Source: Coxiellaceae bacterium (GTDB taxonomy: Bacteria; Pseudomonadota; Gammaproteobacteria; JAJRRL01). Taken from it: 64,000 nucleotides of DNA. The notes beneath the pieces are model-generated. The model made no database searches, had not been told where the DNA came from, and saw nothing but the letters and a program-made list of their open reading frames with translations. Numbering within the stretch: the stretch's first letter is position 1; every line of letters begins with the position of its first letter. Made by a program: the position numbers and the translations under genes. The stretch lies in contig JBIKMG010000002.1 of assembly GCA_044359385.1 (NCBI GenBank), forward strand, positions 3,179 to 67,178, written 5' to 3'. This document shows positions 8,759 to 20,062 of the stretch, one piece after another.

Positions 8759-9355
8759 TCAATTTTTTAGAGCCATATTAATCGTAATTTTAGTTGCGCC
8801 TTGGCATTGGTCTACCGAGTTAATAGCAGGATATTGATCTACAAATAAGTTATTGCCTTGAATTTTTGCAGATTTAATTCCCCCCGAGCAACGATCACCT
8901 CCAGGCATATAACCGATCAAGGACATTTTGGTTGTTTTTTCAGTGACAGGTTTGTTGGATGATGCATAAATATTTAAATCTTGATTGTCTAGTTGAATAA
9001 ATAAGAGGGCATCAAAAATTTCTTTTTTTCCAGGAAGCTGACTAAAGGAATGTAGAACATAGATTTGATTGGTTGCCTGGCCAATAACTTCATACCCATA
9101 ATAGCCAACGCTCGTGTTTCCAGATGTGTTTTGATAGAGAAAGTAGATTCGATTGCCATCCGTTTTGGCCATATGGGGAATATTGCTGCTCCCCTGGCAG
9201 CGATGGATATCAACACCCACAATGATGGGATAAGGTGTTCTTTGTTGGTCAAATAACCCTACGCAAGCAGGCTGAATAGCCTTACCTGCTACGGTGAAAT
9301 TAGCAAAAGACAGCGTCGGAAAAAGGCAAAAGACGAATAAGATTAATTTTTTCAT
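8759..9355 (-). CDS. Secreted hypothetical protein
   Basis: Internal start MKKLILFVFCLFPTLSFA is a signal peptide, with RBS AGGAAAGGAA 7 nt upstream. The longer ORF extends to 9388. Confidence 0.55.
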   Translation of the reverse strand: MKKLILFVFCLFPTLSFANFTVAGKAIQPACVGLFDQQRTPYPIIVGVDIHRCQGSSNIPHMAKTDGNRIYFLYQNTSGNTSVGYYGYEVIGQATNQIYVLHSFSQLPGKKEIFDALLFIQLDNQDLNIYASSNKPVTEKTTKMSLIGYMPGGDRCSGGIKSAKIQGNNLFVDQYPAINSVDQCQGATKITINMALKN

Positions 9356-9401
9356 AATTGGGATTCCTTTCCTGTAAAGACGACTCATTTTTTATCCTCG
9401 G

Positions 9402-9869
9402 TTACCATAAATTAGCAGTGAGGCTAATCGATCCAGACCCAAGTATCACAAATGCCAATGCAACCGCAGCAAGAACGACATTTTTCTGTCCAGATGTAAT
9501 CTGACCAAGAACCCCTAAGGATTTTACGTCACCCAGTGCGGGCCCACCTTGTGCTCGACAGATATCCGGCAGCTCTCTGGAGGCAATGACTTGGGCTAGC
9601 CGAAAGTGAACTCTAATACCAATTAGGGTATAAACAAAGAGAAAAATACCGCCAATTTGTGCATAAATGCCGAATAAAATACTAATAGCGCCCAAAACCA
9701 TCAAGAAAATCCCCAAAACAGATAAAAAATTAACGAAAATACCACTAACTAAACGCGTTAACAGGGTTGTTGCATCCCAATCCGCAACTAGTCCGGGCAC
9801 AGGGAACAAATACATCCAAGCAACAGCTATCCGTAAAATAAACCAAACCCAATCGTGTTTTGCGATCAT
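9402..9869 (-). CDS. Small integral membrane protein (DoxX-like, 4 TM helices)
   Basis: 155 aa with four hydrophobic segments; family assignment is tentative. Confidence 0.45.
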   Translation of the reverse strand: MIAKHDWVWFILRIAVAWMYLFPVPGLVADWDATTLLTRLVSGIFVNFLSVLGIFLMVLGAISILFGIYAQIGGIFLFVYTLIGIRVHFRLAQVIASRELPDICRAQGGPALGDVKSLGVLGQITSGQKNVVLAAVALAFVILGSGSISLTANLW

Positions 9870-9886
9870 GTTAATGTCCTATTTTT

Positions 9887-10753
9887 TTACTCAATAATAC
9901 CCGATGAATCAAACCGACGGATAGCGATAAAAAGCGTATCGTTATCAGCAAGATCTTGAATGGATCGAGCGATTAACTCCAGAGAAAATGCGTTCACACA
10001 GCGCTCGGACGCAATAACAGCTACATTATCACCCAACTGGCCGGATGCGCAATCACGGGCAGCCAGTGCTGTATCGGCATACTCGAGTTGCTTAGCATTT
10101 GGGTAGTGTTTGGTTAAATAATTGCGGCACTGTCGTAAGGCTTGTCGGTGAGAAATGATTTTTGTAATCCGCTCTGGGTTTTGGCCCGTTTGAGTCAACA
10201 GACACTGTATGACTCGCATGGGCATGATATCCATAATGCGATAACGTTTAGCAGCTAATGCAGCAATGCTTTCATTGACTAAACCGCCCCAAGCATTATT
10301 GACAGCGAGGACACCATAGTCTGCTTTGTGAGACGATAAGGCGTCAACTACACCCGTAGGTGTTAAGTCATAGCGTAACTCGCAAGGAGTGCGAATGTGT
10401 TTGATGATAAAATTTTTAGCGGCTTGTTCCGAGAAACTGCCATGATCTCCTTGTAGGCTGATGACCACCTTGTCTAGATTTTCGTTTGTTTGCAAGGCAC
10501 GGCACTCGTTTATGATAGTCTGAAAGATATGCGTTAGGGCGTAGCTCGACAAAACAGATTGGTTCACTTGTAGCAAATGGCTAATGACGTGTTGCTCACG
10601 TTCCGGATCATAAATGCCATCAGGTTGTCGGTCACTTTTGTGTTTATATAGACGAGCTTTACAGGCATATTCTGCGCGCTTTCCGAGTAATGTTAACAAT
10701 TGAGTGTCAATCTTATCAATTTCATGACGCAGTTGTTCAAGCGTGTTTTTCAT
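9887..10753 (-). CDS. pheA: Chorismate mutase / prephenate dehydratase (P-protein-like, apparently lacking the C-terminal ACT domain)
   Basis: AroQ-type N-terminus (LRHEIDKIDTQLLTLLGKR) followed by a PDT domain (GDHGSFSEQAA ... ISHRQALRQCRNYL). Ends shortly after the N-x-T/L-F-I motif. ATGA overlap with aroG at 10750-10753. Confidence 0.7.
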   Translation of the reverse strand: MKNTLEQLRHEIDKIDTQLLTLLGKRAEYACKARLYKHKSDRQPDGIYDPEREQHVISHLLQVNQSVLSSYALTHIFQTIINECRALQTNENLDKVVISLQGDHGSFSEQAAKNFIIKHIRTPCELRYDLTPTGVVDALSSHKADYGVLAVNNAWGGLVNESIAALAAKRYRIMDIMPMRVIQCLLTQTGQNPERITKIISHRQALRQCRNYLTKHYPNAKQLEYADTALAARDCASGQLGDNVAVIASERCVNAFSLELIARSIQDLADNDTLFIAIRRFDSSGIIE

Positions 10754-11760
10754 TGACGTATCTTCATGGCTAATGCACACAAGGTCCTAACTGTTTCATC
10801 CCAACCGATACAGCAATCTGTAATGCTTTGCCCATAAATTAAATCGCTCAAGTTTCGCAAGGGTTGTTTACCTTCCACTAAATGGCTTTCTAACATAATA
10901 CCACGAACATTGAATTTTTTTGCTTTAAAAGATTCGGCAACAGCCATTGCCACGTTGGATTGCTGGCGATAATCTCCCTGGCTGTTATCGTGAGAGCAAT
11001 CTACGAGGACTGCGCGCATGACAGTTTTAGTCTCTAATTTAGCTTGTAAGCGCGACAAACTAAGTTCATCGTAGTTCGGACCTGTTGAGCCACCGCGTAA
11101 AACAACGTGACAATTAGGATTCCCAGCTGTTTGAATAAGATCAACCTGACCGTTTTGGTCAATACCTAAATATTGTTGTGACGTTAAACCAGCGACTAAA
11201 GCTGAAATAGCAGCATCAATTGAACCCTGTCGACTATTTTTGCAGCCTACTGGAATCGCCAAGCTTGAAATAAAGTTTCGGTGCAACTGTGACTCTACAC
11301 TTCGCGCACCAATAGCTGCCCAAGCCACTAAATCACCGATATACGCTTCAACAGTGGGTGACACATATTCAGTCGCGACACCTAAACCCAAGGCAATCAC
11401 AGCCTTCATCAGTTCACGCGTTGCGAGTATGCCGGTATTAGCATCGCCTTGACCATCCATCGATGGATCTAGAAAAAAACCTTGCCATCCTAACTCCGTT
11501 CGTGGTTTTTGCACATAAACACGCATCAAGATATACAGTTGATTATTTAAGGCATGGGTGATGTCAGCGAGTTTTCTTGCATATTCTAGGGCACTGATAG
11601 GATCATGAATAGAGCAAGGTCCAACAATAACGAGTAGGCGGCTGTCTTGGCCACGTAAAATACGCAATACAATTTCACGTTGTGATTGAACACGTGTTTC
11701 TAAAATTTTTGTCAATGGAGCTTGTCGCTTAGCTTCAATTGGGATAAGTAGTCGACGCAT
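10750..11760 (-). CDS. aroG: 3-deoxy-7-phosphoheptulonate (DAHP) synthase, class I
   Basis: LLVIVGPCSIHDP signature; full-length collinearity with AroG/F/H. Confidence 0.9.
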   Translation of the reverse strand: MRRLLIPIEAKRQAPLTKILETRVQSQREIVLRILRGQDSRLLVIVGPCSIHDPISALEYARKLADITHALNNQLYILMRVYVQKPRTELGWQGFFLDPSMDGQGDANTGILATRELMKAVIALGLGVATEYVSPTVEAYIGDLVAWAAIGARSVESQLHRNFISSLAIPVGCKNSRQGSIDAAISALVAGLTSQQYLGIDQNGQVDLIQTAGNPNCHVVLRGGSTGPNYDELSLSRLQAKLETKTVMRAVLVDCSHDNSQGDYRQQSNVAMAVAESFKAKKFNVRGIMLESHLVEGKQPLRNLSDLIYGQSITDCCIGWDETVRTLCALAMKIRQ

Positions 11761-11914
11761 TAATCCCCCTTTTTTTCGTAATATCAGGTTTATTTAGGAT
11801 AGATTGCCTGAAGTTATCTTAAAAAACCCGTGTTATCGCTGGAGTATCGATTTTTAACAAGAATTTTTTCTAACGACAGATCTGATTTGCTAGGAGCTAT
11901 TTTTTTAAAAAAAT

Positions 11915-13369
11915 CTAAACCACTGAGCCCACTTGCAAAATCTTCATAGCATTAGAACCACCACCGACACCCATGTGATCGCCCTTCGTTAAAATAACCA
12001 TATCGCCCCGAGAGAGAATATGGTGTTGTTCCATTACCTGGATTGACTCAAGGTTCACGTCATCTCGAGCAATGCTCGTTGGGTCAAAATACACCGGATA
12101 AATGCCTCGATAAAGGCACATTTTACAAAGTGTTTTTTTATAGCGGCTCAAGCCAAAAATAGGAATTGCAGTACGAATTCGTGACATAAGTAGCGGTGTT
12201 GTGCCTGATTCAGTTAAACAAATAATGGCACGAATATTGTTTAAATGATTAGCCGTATACATCGTTGCCATCGCAACAGCTTCATCAACACGCTTAAAAT
12301 TGCACTCTACTCGGTGGTTAGACAGGTGAGAATCAGGATATTTCTCGACCGTTCTACAAATATTAGCCATGGCTTGAACGGCTTTAATCGGGTATTTCCC
12401 AACAGCAGACTCTGCAGAGAGCATCACAGCATCTGCATTCCAAAGAACAGCCGTTGCAATGTCGGATACTTCTGCTCGCGTGGGCATACTTTCTTGGATC
12501 ATCGATTCCATCATTTGTGTGGCGATAATAACAGGCTTATTCAACGCGCGTGAGCGCTGAATAATGCGTCGTTGTGCCAAAGGTACTTCGGCATCGCCAA
12601 TCTCAACGGATAAATCGCCACGAGCAACCATGACTCCATCGCTGGCCGCTATGATTTCATCGAGGTTATCCATCGCTTCTTTCCGTTCTATTTTTGCAAT
12701 CAAGCCCGCGTTTGATTTCGCAGCAACTAAATAATCACGCGCTGTTTCCATATCGCTGGCATCACGTGGAAAAGAGACGGCAATAAAGTCGACGTCCTCT
12801 GCCAACATCGCTTTCAAGTCAATAATGTCTTTCTCTGTTAATGCGGGTGCCGACAATCCACCCCCTAGTCGGTTAATGCCTTTATGGTTTGATAGCGGAC
12901 CACCGATTTCAACCATCGTATGAATTTTATCGCCCAATACCTGATCAACACGTAGACGAATACGTCCGTCATCCAGCAATAAAATATCATTTGGCGCGAC
13001 ATCGCGAGGTAGATTTTTATAATCAATACCCACTTGGCTTGCATCGCCTTGGTCACAATCTAAAGCAGCATCCAAAGTGAAAGTAGCATTCTCTTTTAGT
13101 TCAATTTTACCTGTTTTAAAGCAAGAAATTCGTATTTTAGGTCCTTGTAAGTCGGCCAATATACCAATCCAACGATTGGTTTTTTTCATAATGGCTCGGA
13201 CGTTGGCAATTCGTTCTTTTTGTTTTTCAATATTGCCATGCGAACAATTGATGCGGACGACATTTACCCCAGCGGCAATCATCTTTTCGAGTACGTCAGG
13301 ATCATCCGAGGCCGGCCCTAATGTTGCCAAAATTTTTGTTCTGCGCAAAATATCATGATGGTTGTTCAT
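11915..13369 (-). CDS. pyk: Pyruvate kinase
   Basis: TKILATLGPAS..NVVRINCSHG..; 484 aa. ATGA overlap with pgk. Confidence 0.9.
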   Translation of the reverse strand: MNNHHDILRRTKILATLGPASDDPDVLEKMIAAGVNVVRINCSHGNIEKQKERIANVRAIMKKTNRWIGILADLQGPKIRISCFKTGKIELKENATFTLDAALDCDQGDASQVGIDYKNLPRDVAPNDILLLDDGRIRLRVDQVLGDKIHTMVEIGGPLSNHKGINRLGGGLSAPALTEKDIIDLKAMLAEDVDFIAVSFPRDASDMETARDYLVAAKSNAGLIAKIERKEAMDNLDEIIAASDGVMVARGDLSVEIGDAEVPLAQRRIIQRSRALNKPVIIATQMMESMIQESMPTRAEVSDIATAVLWNADAVMLSAESAVGKYPIKAVQAMANICRTVEKYPDSHLSNHRVECNFKRVDEAVAMATMYTANHLNNIRAIICLTESGTTPLLMSRIRTAIPIFGLSRYKKTLCKMCLYRGIYPVYFDPTSIARDDVNLESIQVMEQHHILSRGDMVILTKGDHMGVGGGSNAMKILQVGSVV

Positions 13370-14553
13370 ATGTTGTCCTTTACTGACGCGATAAGCGCAC
13401 TAACAGCAGGTAAGGGTTGTCCTTCACACCAGGCAAGAAAAGCACCGCCTCCTGTAGAAATATAGGACATTTCAGCGTGAACGTTAAATTGCTCAATAGC
13501 CGCCAGCGTATCTCCCCCTCCAACCACGCTATAAGCGGGGCTGTCAGCGACACCTTTCGCAATGATACGCGTTCCTTCTGAGAACGCAGGCACCTCAAAT
13601 AGACCAACAGGACCATTCCATAAGATGGTTTTCATGGATCCCAGCAAGGAGCTGTAATGATGCGAAGTGATTGGACCTAGATCAAAAATGGCTTCGTTAG
13701 GGCTTATGTCAGAAACCAAACGGACAGTAGCTTGGTTATTAAGATCGACACAGGGTGCGACAACTACATCGGTGGGCAAAGGAATTGAAACTCCGAGCTC
13801 TTCTGCGCGCTTCAAAGCATCTTTAGCATATAAAGTGCAATCCCTCTCGACCAATGAGGTGCCCACCTCATAGCCCTGAGCCAGTAAAAAGGTGTTAGCA
13901 ATGCCGCCACCGACAATCAAGCAATCCACTTTGGATAACAAGGAGTCAATCAGTTTAATTTTGGTGGAGATTTTCGCGCCACCCACAATGGCTGCAACCG
14001 GTTTTTTTGGTTTTGTCAGGGCTTTTTCTAGCGCATCGAGTTCTTCACATAATAACGGCCCTGCACAAGCCAACTTCGCGGCAAGTGCGACCCCCACTGT
14101 CGATGCATGTGCGCGATGTGCTGTTGCAAAGGCATCCATCACAAACACATCGGCTAAGTCAGCTAAGCGACGGGCAAGTTTTGTGGAGTTTTCGAGTTCT
14201 CCTGGCCAAAAACGGGTGTTTTCTAGTAATAGGATCGGGGCTTTCGTGGGTAAGTCGGTTGCCCACGGATCCTGAATCAATAAAACTACTTCACCTAAAG
14301 CTTCAGATAGCAGATCACAGACAAGACGCAGTGAAAAGGCTGAGTCAAAATGACCTTCTGTGGGTTGACCAAAGTGGGACATCAGAATGACTTGGGCACC
14401 GGTTTTTCGTGCTAAGTGAATGGTGGGCAATGCACGATCAATACGTTCGCGGTTAATCACTTTTCCATCTTTGATAGGCACGTTAAAGTCGCAACGAATT
14501 AATACGCGCTGGTTAGTCAGATCAAGCTCAGTCATTTTTAGAAAATTTGCCAT
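13366..14553 (-). CDS. pgk: Phosphoglycerate kinase
   Basis: LIRCDFNVP ... GGGAS motifs; 395 aa. Confidence 0.92.
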   Translation of the reverse strand: MANFLKMTELDLTNQRVLIRCDFNVPIKDGKVINRERIDRALPTIHLARKTGAQVILMSHFGQPTEGHFDSAFSLRLVCDLLSEALGEVVLLIQDPWATDLPTKAPILLLENTRFWPGELENSTKLARRLADLADVFVMDAFATAHRAHASTVGVALAAKLACAGPLLCEELDALEKALTKPKKPVAAIVGGAKISTKIKLIDSLLSKVDCLIVGGGIANTFLLAQGYEVGTSLVERDCTLYAKDALKRAEELGVSIPLPTDVVVAPCVDLNNQATVRLVSDISPNEAIFDLGPITSHHYSSLLGSMKTILWNGPVGLFEVPAFSEGTRIIAKGVADSPAYSVVGGGDTLAAIEQFNVHAEMSYISTGGGAFLAWCEGQPLPAVSALIASVKDNI

Positions 14554-14602
14554 TAGTCATCCTATCGTCTTGCGCGAGGCCGTGAGTCTATTCGAAATAA
14601 AA

Positions 14603-15610
14603 TTACTTCGCCTTCATCATCGCTCTCATCGTATCTAACATACGATTGGAGAAACCCCACTCGTTGTCGTACCAAGCAACAACTTTCAGGAGATCACCAC
14701 ACTCGCGTGTTTGGGTGAGATCAAAGGTAGAGGATGCCGGGTTATGATTAAAGTCTATCGAAACCAATGGCGCACGGTTAACAGCTAAAATACCAGCCAA
14801 ATATCCGTTCGCAGCAGCGATCATGGCCTCATGAACAGCTTCTATCGAGACTTTCTTTTTAAGTAAAACAGTCAAGTCAACAACAGAAACATTGGGTGTC
14901 GGAACACGAATCGCATAGCCGTCTAATTTGCCGGCTAATTCAGGCAACACTAAACCAACTGCAGCGGCAGCTCCTGTTTTTGTCGGAATCATTGATAGGG
15001 AGGCTGCACGAGCTCGACGAATATCGGAGTGAGAGCTATCCGCTAAATTCTGATCGTTCGTAAAAGCATGTACGGTAGTCATGAGTCCAGATTGAATACC
15101 GGCTAACTGATTTAATACATGGGCAACGGGTGCCAAACAATTAGTGGTGCAAGAAGCATTAGAGACAATCGTATCACTAGCGCGGAGTGTTGCGTCATTC
15201 ACGCCATAAACAATGGTGGGGATATCGGATCCGGCGGGTGCCGATATCAAAACTTTTTTAGCGCCTGCTTCGAGATGAGCACTGGCTTGTTCTTTAGAGG
15301 TAAAAAAACCGGTACATTCCGCAACAACATCTACATCTAGTTCACCCCAAGGACAATTTTTTGGATTACGCTCAGCGGTAAAGCGAATACGGTGACCATT
15401 AATAACTAAGTGATTACCAGAAACACCAACATCAGCCATCAAGGGACCGTGAACGCTATCACGCTTGGTCAACTCAGCATTAACGTCTAAGTTACCCAAA
15501 TCATTAATTGCAACCACTTCGATGTGTTTGTGATCGGTTGACTCAATCAACGCACGTAATACATTGCGTCCAATGCGGCCATATCCGTTGATAGCTATTT
15601 TTATTTTCAT
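14603..15610 (-). CDS. gap: Glyceraldehyde-3-phosphate dehydrogenase
   Basis: [15 protein letters not shown] ... SCTTNCLAP. Internal start with RBS AAGAGGAAG; the ORF track extends to 15634. Confidence 0.9.
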   Translation of the reverse strand: MKIKIAINGYGRIGRNVLRALIESTDHKHIEVVAINDLGNLDVNAELTKRDSVHGPLMADVGVSGNHLVINGHRIRFTAERNPKNCPWGELDVDVVAECTGFFTSKEQASAHLEAGAKKVLISAPAGSDIPTIVYGVNDATLRASDTIVSNASCTTNCLAPVAHVLNQLAGIQSGLMTTVHAFTNDQNLADSSHSDIRRARAASLSMIPTKTGAAAAVGLVLPELAGKLDGYAIRVPTPNVSVVDLTVLLKKKVSIEAVHEAMIAAANGYLAGILAVNRAPLVSIDFNHNPASSTFDLTQTRECGDLLKVVAWYDNEWGFSNRMLDTMRAMMKAK

Positions 15611-15634
15611 TGCTTCCTCTTTTTTGTCATGCAC

Positions 15635-17641
15635 TTATGCGGCTATAGAGCCAATTACTGCTTGAACTGCTTCTGCGACAGCATCGGCAGTCAATCCTAG
15701 ATAGGTATAAGCTTGATCTGCTGGTGCAGACACACCGAAACGATCCAAGCCAACCACGCGACCATTCAATCCAACAAAACGATACCAATAATCTGTTGAG
15801 CCTGCCTCTGTTGCTACGCGTGCAGTTAATTTCGGGGGTAAAACATGCTCTTGATACGCGAGATCTTGCTCTAAAAAAACCTCGGTACACGGCATCGATA
15901 CGACTCTGACTGAAAGTCCTTTTGCTGCAAGCTTCTTTTGTGCACTCATCGCCAGCGCTACCTCAGAGCCCGTTGCAATAATCAATGCGACAGGAGAGTC
16001 GGAGGGCTCCCATAAAATATATCCCCCCCGTTTTATATGAGTGATCGTTGCGTCATCACGTAGTTGGCTTTCCACATCTTGTCGCGTCAGCAGTAAGGCC
16101 GATGGTTTTTGCTTCAATAGCGCTTGTTGCCAAGCAACTGCCGTTTCAGTTGCATCTGCTGGGCGCCAAGTATCAATACCGGGTGTCATTCGCAACATAC
16201 TGGCATGTTCAATCGGTTGATGCGTTGGGCCGTCTTCTCCCAAGCCAATTGAGTCATGAGAGAAAACATAAATGACACGTTGTTTCATTAACGCGGATAA
16301 GCGAACGGCATTACGTGCGTAATCCAAAAATGTTAAAAAGGTTCCACCAAAGGGAATATGCCCACCCGCTAGCGCAAGGCCATTCATGATTGCTGCCATG
16401 CCAAACTCGCGCACACCGTAACGAATATAATTTCCAGTTCGTTCAGTCAAGGAATAATCCGTCGCGACTGACCACTTGGTCAGATTGGAAGCGGTTAAGT
16501 CAGCGGAGCCGCCCAATAGCTCGGGCAATGAGGGTGCAAAGGCATTTAAGGTTTCTAACGATGCCTTACGTGTTGCTATCGTGGCTTGTTTTTTTTGGGT
16601 TTGTGCAATAAATAGATTGCTTAGCTGTCCAAAATCGGCGGGCAATTGTCCACGCATTCGACGTTTAAGTTCAGCCGCTAGTTTAGGGTGCTTTTTTTCG
16701 TAACTCACGAATAACGCATCCCATTGTGCCATTTGTTCAGCGCCTCGGGATTGAATAGACCATGCTCGGCTTATGTCGGCTGGAATTTCGAAGGGCCCAT
16801 AAGCCCATCCGAGCTGTTCTTTGGTTTTAGTAATTTCGTCATCGCCTAAGGGGGCGCCATGAGCAGCTGCTGTATTGGCTACTTTGGGCGAACCAAAGCC
16901 AATTTGAGTTCGGCAGCAAATCAGTGTAGGCCGTTTTGTATCGGCTTGTGCGGTTAAAATTGCTTTTTTGATCGAATCTGGATTGTGCCCATCGATATTG
17001 CGGATCACTTGCCAGTTATAGGCTTCAAAGCGTAAGGGCGTGTCATCACTGAACCACGCGTCCACCTTCCCATCAATCGAAATGCCGTTGTCATCCCAGA
17101 AAACAATCAGCTTGGAAAGACCCCAAGTTCCGGCCAATGAGCAGGCTTCATGAGAAACCCCCTCCATTAAGCAGCCATCTCCGGCAAATGCATAGGTATA
17201 GTGATCAATAATGGAAAAACCATCGCGATTGAATTCAGCAGCTAAGCGCACTTCGGATAGCGCCATACCGACAGCATTAGCTAAGCCTTGACCCAACGGG
17301 CCTGTGGTTGTTTCAACACCTGGGGTCTCCGCGTATTCAGGGTGCCCCGGTGTTTTGGAATGCAATTGACGAAAGTCTTTGAGGTCTTGGATGGATAAGT
17401 CGTACCCGCTGAGGTGTAAGCAGGCATATAGCAGCATGGCACCATGGCCATTAGAAAGCACGAATCGATCTCGATTGATCCAGCTCGGAGCTGCAGGGTT
17501 CACCTTTAAATAGTCTTGCCAGAGCACAGTTGCAATTTCAGCCATTCCCATCGGCATTCCAGGGTGTCCAGAATTGGCTTTTTGAACCGCATCCATGGCT
17601 AATGCACGAATTGCATGAGCTTTTGCAAGGTAATCGACCAT
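15635..17641 (-). CDS. tkt: Transketolase
   Basis: [25 protein letters not shown]..; 668 aa. Confidence 0.92.
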   Translation of the reverse strand: MVDYLAKAHAIRALAMDAVQKANSGHPGMPMGMAEIATVLWQDYLKVNPAAPSWINRDRFVLSNGHGAMLLYACLHLSGYDLSIQDLKDFRQLHSKTPGHPEYAETPGVETTTGPLGQGLANAVGMALSEVRLAAEFNRDGFSIIDHYTYAFAGDGCLMEGVSHEACSLAGTWGLSKLIVFWDDNGISIDGKVDAWFSDDTPLRFEAYNWQVIRNIDGHNPDSIKKAILTAQADTKRPTLICCRTQIGFGSPKVANTAAAHGAPLGDDEITKTKEQLGWAYGPFEIPADISRAWSIQSRGAEQMAQWDALFVSYEKKHPKLAAELKRRMRGQLPADFGQLSNLFIAQTQKKQATIATRKASLETLNAFAPSLPELLGGSADLTASNLTKWSVATDYSLTERTGNYIRYGVREFGMAAIMNGLALAGGHIPFGGTFLTFLDYARNAVRLSALMKQRVIYVFSHDSIGLGEDGPTHQPIEHASMLRMTPGIDTWRPADATETAVAWQQALLKQKPSALLLTRQDVESQLRDDATITHIKRGGYILWEPSDSPVALIIATGSEVALAMSAQKKLAAKGLSVRVVSMPCTEVFLEQDLAYQEHVLPPKLTARVATEAGSTDYWYRFVGLNGRVVGLDRFGVSAPADQAYTYLGLTADAVAEAVQAVIGSIAA

Positions 17642-17816
17642 TCATAGACTCCCGATGTCGGATAAAGCGAGCCACAAGGATACCTGTTATAACCCCCGCA
17701 CTTCAAGCCATTTTCCGAACAATTCCTGAGCAATCGTATCTTTATCCCCGAGCATGTGATAGCATGCGCCATTGTTTAAAAAAAACGCAAATTACCCATC
17801 TAGGAGTTTTCAAGTC

Positions 17817-19061
17817 ATGCTATTTTCAGATTTAGGCCTTTCTACCGAATTAGTGAGCGCAGTCCATGAAGCAGGCTATACAGAGCCTACACCCATCCAA
17901 GTGGAAGCAATTCCTCCGATTATCGCAGGTAGAGATACCTTCGCTGCGGCTCAAACAGGAACGGGAAAAACAGCGGCCTTTACCCTGCCTGTATTGGCGC
18001 GATTGCAAGCTAAGCCATCGGACAAAAAGCAAATTCGCGTACTTGTGATAACGCCAACACGTGAGCTCGCTGCTCAAATACAAGAAAGTGTAGAGACCTA
18101 TGGAAAAAACGTACCTTTTCGTTCGTGTGCGATTTTTGGTGGAGTTAAAATAAATCCGCAAATCAAGCGACTGAGGGAACGTATCGACATTGTGATTGCA
18201 ACACCCGGTCGATTGTTGGATTTGGTAAATCAGCGTGCGCTTGATTTATCAGCAGTAGAAATCTGTGTGCTTGATGAGGCAGACCGAATGTTGGACATGG
18301 GCTTTGTTCATGATATTCGTCGTATTTTAAAGTTGTTACCAAAAGAGCGGCAGAATTTGATGTTTTCAGCGACCTATTCAAATGAAATTGAAATAATGGC
18401 AAATAGCTTGATGCAAAATCCGGTTCGCATTGCTGTTGCACGTAAAAACACAGCAGCAGAGACAGTGACTCAACGTGTTTATTCGGTGGATAAAAGCAGA
18501 AAGCGAGAGTTATTGTCCTATCTCATTGGCTCTCAAAATTGGAAACAAGTTTTGGTGTTTACCCGTACAAAGCATGGTGCTAATCGTTTGACAGAGCAAC
18601 TGGAACTAGATGGTTTAAGTGCAGTGGCTATCCATGGCAATAAAAGCCAGGGTGCGAGAACACGCGCGCTACGAGAGTTTAAAGAAGGTAAAGTTCGGAT
18701 ATTGGTTGCAACAGATATTGCTGCGCGTGGTTTGGATATTGATAAGCTACCGCATGTCGTCAATTATGATTTGCCGCAAGTCCCAGAAGATTACGTTCAT
18801 CGTATCGGTCGAACGGGTCGTGCAGAAAATAAAGGGATGGCGGTTTCTTTCGTGTCTATAGATGAAGTCAGTCAGTTAAGAGCGATTGAGCGGATGCTAA
18901 AACAAGTGCTGGAAAAAGATTCCATTCCAGGTTTTGAGCCGAATCCTGCAATTAAAGCTGAGCCGACTAAGCCAACTGGGTGTAGGGTGAGTGTCCCGTC
19001 AAAAAGAAACAATGCAGCGAGCAATCGTCGTAGAGCAAGTTCGCCAAGGCATCGCGATTAG
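17817..19061 (+). CDS. rhlE: ATP-dependent DEAD-box RNA helicase (RhlE-like)
   Basis: [19 protein letters not shown] and HRIGRTGRA motifs; basic C-terminal tail. Start chosen at ATG 17817 with RBS TAGGAG. Confidence 0.85.
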   Translation: MLFSDLGLSTELVSAVHEAGYTEPTPIQVEAIPPIIAGRDTFAAAQTGTGKTAAFTLPVLARLQAKPSDKKQIRVLVITPTRELAAQIQESVETYGKNVPFRSCAIFGGVKINPQIKRLRERIDIVIATPGRLLDLVNQRALDLSAVEICVLDEADRMLDMGFVHDIRRILKLLPKERQNLMFSATYSNEIEIMANSLMQNPVRIAVARKNTAAETVTQRVYSVDKSRKRELLSYLIGSQNWKQVLVFTRTKHGANRLTEQLELDGLSAVAIHGNKSQGARTRALREFKEGKVRILVATDIAARGLDIDKLPHVVNYDLPQVPEDYVHRIGRTGRAENKGMAVSFVSIDEVSQLRAIERMLKQVLEKDSIPGFEPNPAIKAEPTKPTGCRVSVPSKRNNAASNRRRASSPRHRD

Positions 19062-19138
19062 CTAGGTATTTACAGCGAACTAGAGCGGCTTTTTGAAAAC
19101 AGACCGTTTTTATTTTCACCCAAAGATAGGGCTCTACG

Positions 19139-19966
19139 CTAAGGGTTAGTCACCAAATCCGTGAGCAAGGCATTTAGCAAGGGTAGTAAGCGTTTAACGG
19201 CTATCTTAGCTCCCGCTAAAGTTTCCTCGTGCGATAACGCTACCTGGTGCATTCCCGCTGCGTAATTAGAGATCGCTGCTATACAGAGGACCTTCATGCC
19301 GCAGTGAGCAGCGACTAAGGTATCTGGAACTGTCGACATGCCAATGCAGTCCGCGCCTAATGTGCGAAAAGCCTTGATTTCAGCAGGTGTTTCAAAATTC
19401 GGTCCGAGCACACCAAAATAGACCCCTTGTTGAATGGGGATATCGAGTTTATGCGCAATGCGGAAGCAACGGTGAATTAAATCAGCGTCATAGACGTTTT
19501 CCATGGAGAAAAAACGAGGGCCAAATTTTTCATCATTGGGTCCCACCAGCGGATTTTGAAACGAAAAGTTAATGTGATCGTTGACGACCATGAGTTCGCC
19601 AGGAGGGGTGTCTTCGCGCAATGAGCCAGAGGCATTCGTGTTAACGAAAATAGAGCAACCCAAGAGCTTTAAGGTCCGAATCATTGTTTTTAGTTCACAA
19701 GAGCGGTCACCTTCGTAGAAGTGTGTTCGACCAGATAAGCAAGCAATGGTATGACCATTTAACTCACCAATCACCAGCTCACCATCGTGACCAGCAACGG
19801 TTAACTGAGGGAATCCAGGTAATAAAGCGTATTCAAAGATGACGGCATCGGTGAGTTGCTCAGCAAAGGGGTGTAAGCCAGAGCCTAGAATAATTCCAAT
19901 TCTTGGGCGGCGGTTGCCAATTTTTTCCGATACAATTTGGTGACAGATGATGGCTTGTTCGGTCAT
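19139..19966 (-). CDS. Purine nucleoside phosphorylase (PunA/MTAP family)
   Basis: IGIILGSGL ... GMSTVPDTLVAAHCGMKV; 275 aa. Confidence 0.8.
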   Translation of the reverse strand: MTEQAIICHQIVSEKIGNRRPRIGIILGSGLHPFAEQLTDAVIFEYALLPGFPQLTVAGHDGELVIGELNGHTIACLSGRTHFYEGDRSCELKTMIRTLKLLGCSIFVNTNASGSLREDTPPGELMVVNDHINFSFQNPLVGPNDEKFGPRFFSMENVYDADLIHRCFRIAHKLDIPIQQGVYFGVLGPNFETPAEIKAFRTLGADCIGMSTVPDTLVAAHCGMKVLCIAAISNYAAGMHQVALSHEETLAGAKIAVKRLLPLLNALLTDLVTNP

Positions 19967-20062
19967 GATATCCCTCGGGTTTTAAAGTAGAAATTTTCAG
20001 AAAATATAAGGTGCTTATTTTTGGCTAAGGTTGCGCACCGAATTTGTCAAAAATTGTGGGGG

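Noticed and set aside
11761-11914. Possible intrinsic terminator between pyk and aroG
   Set aside because: The A/T-rich spacer contains no convincing GC-rich hairpin followed by a U-tract on the minus strand, so read-through versus termination cannot be decided from sequence.
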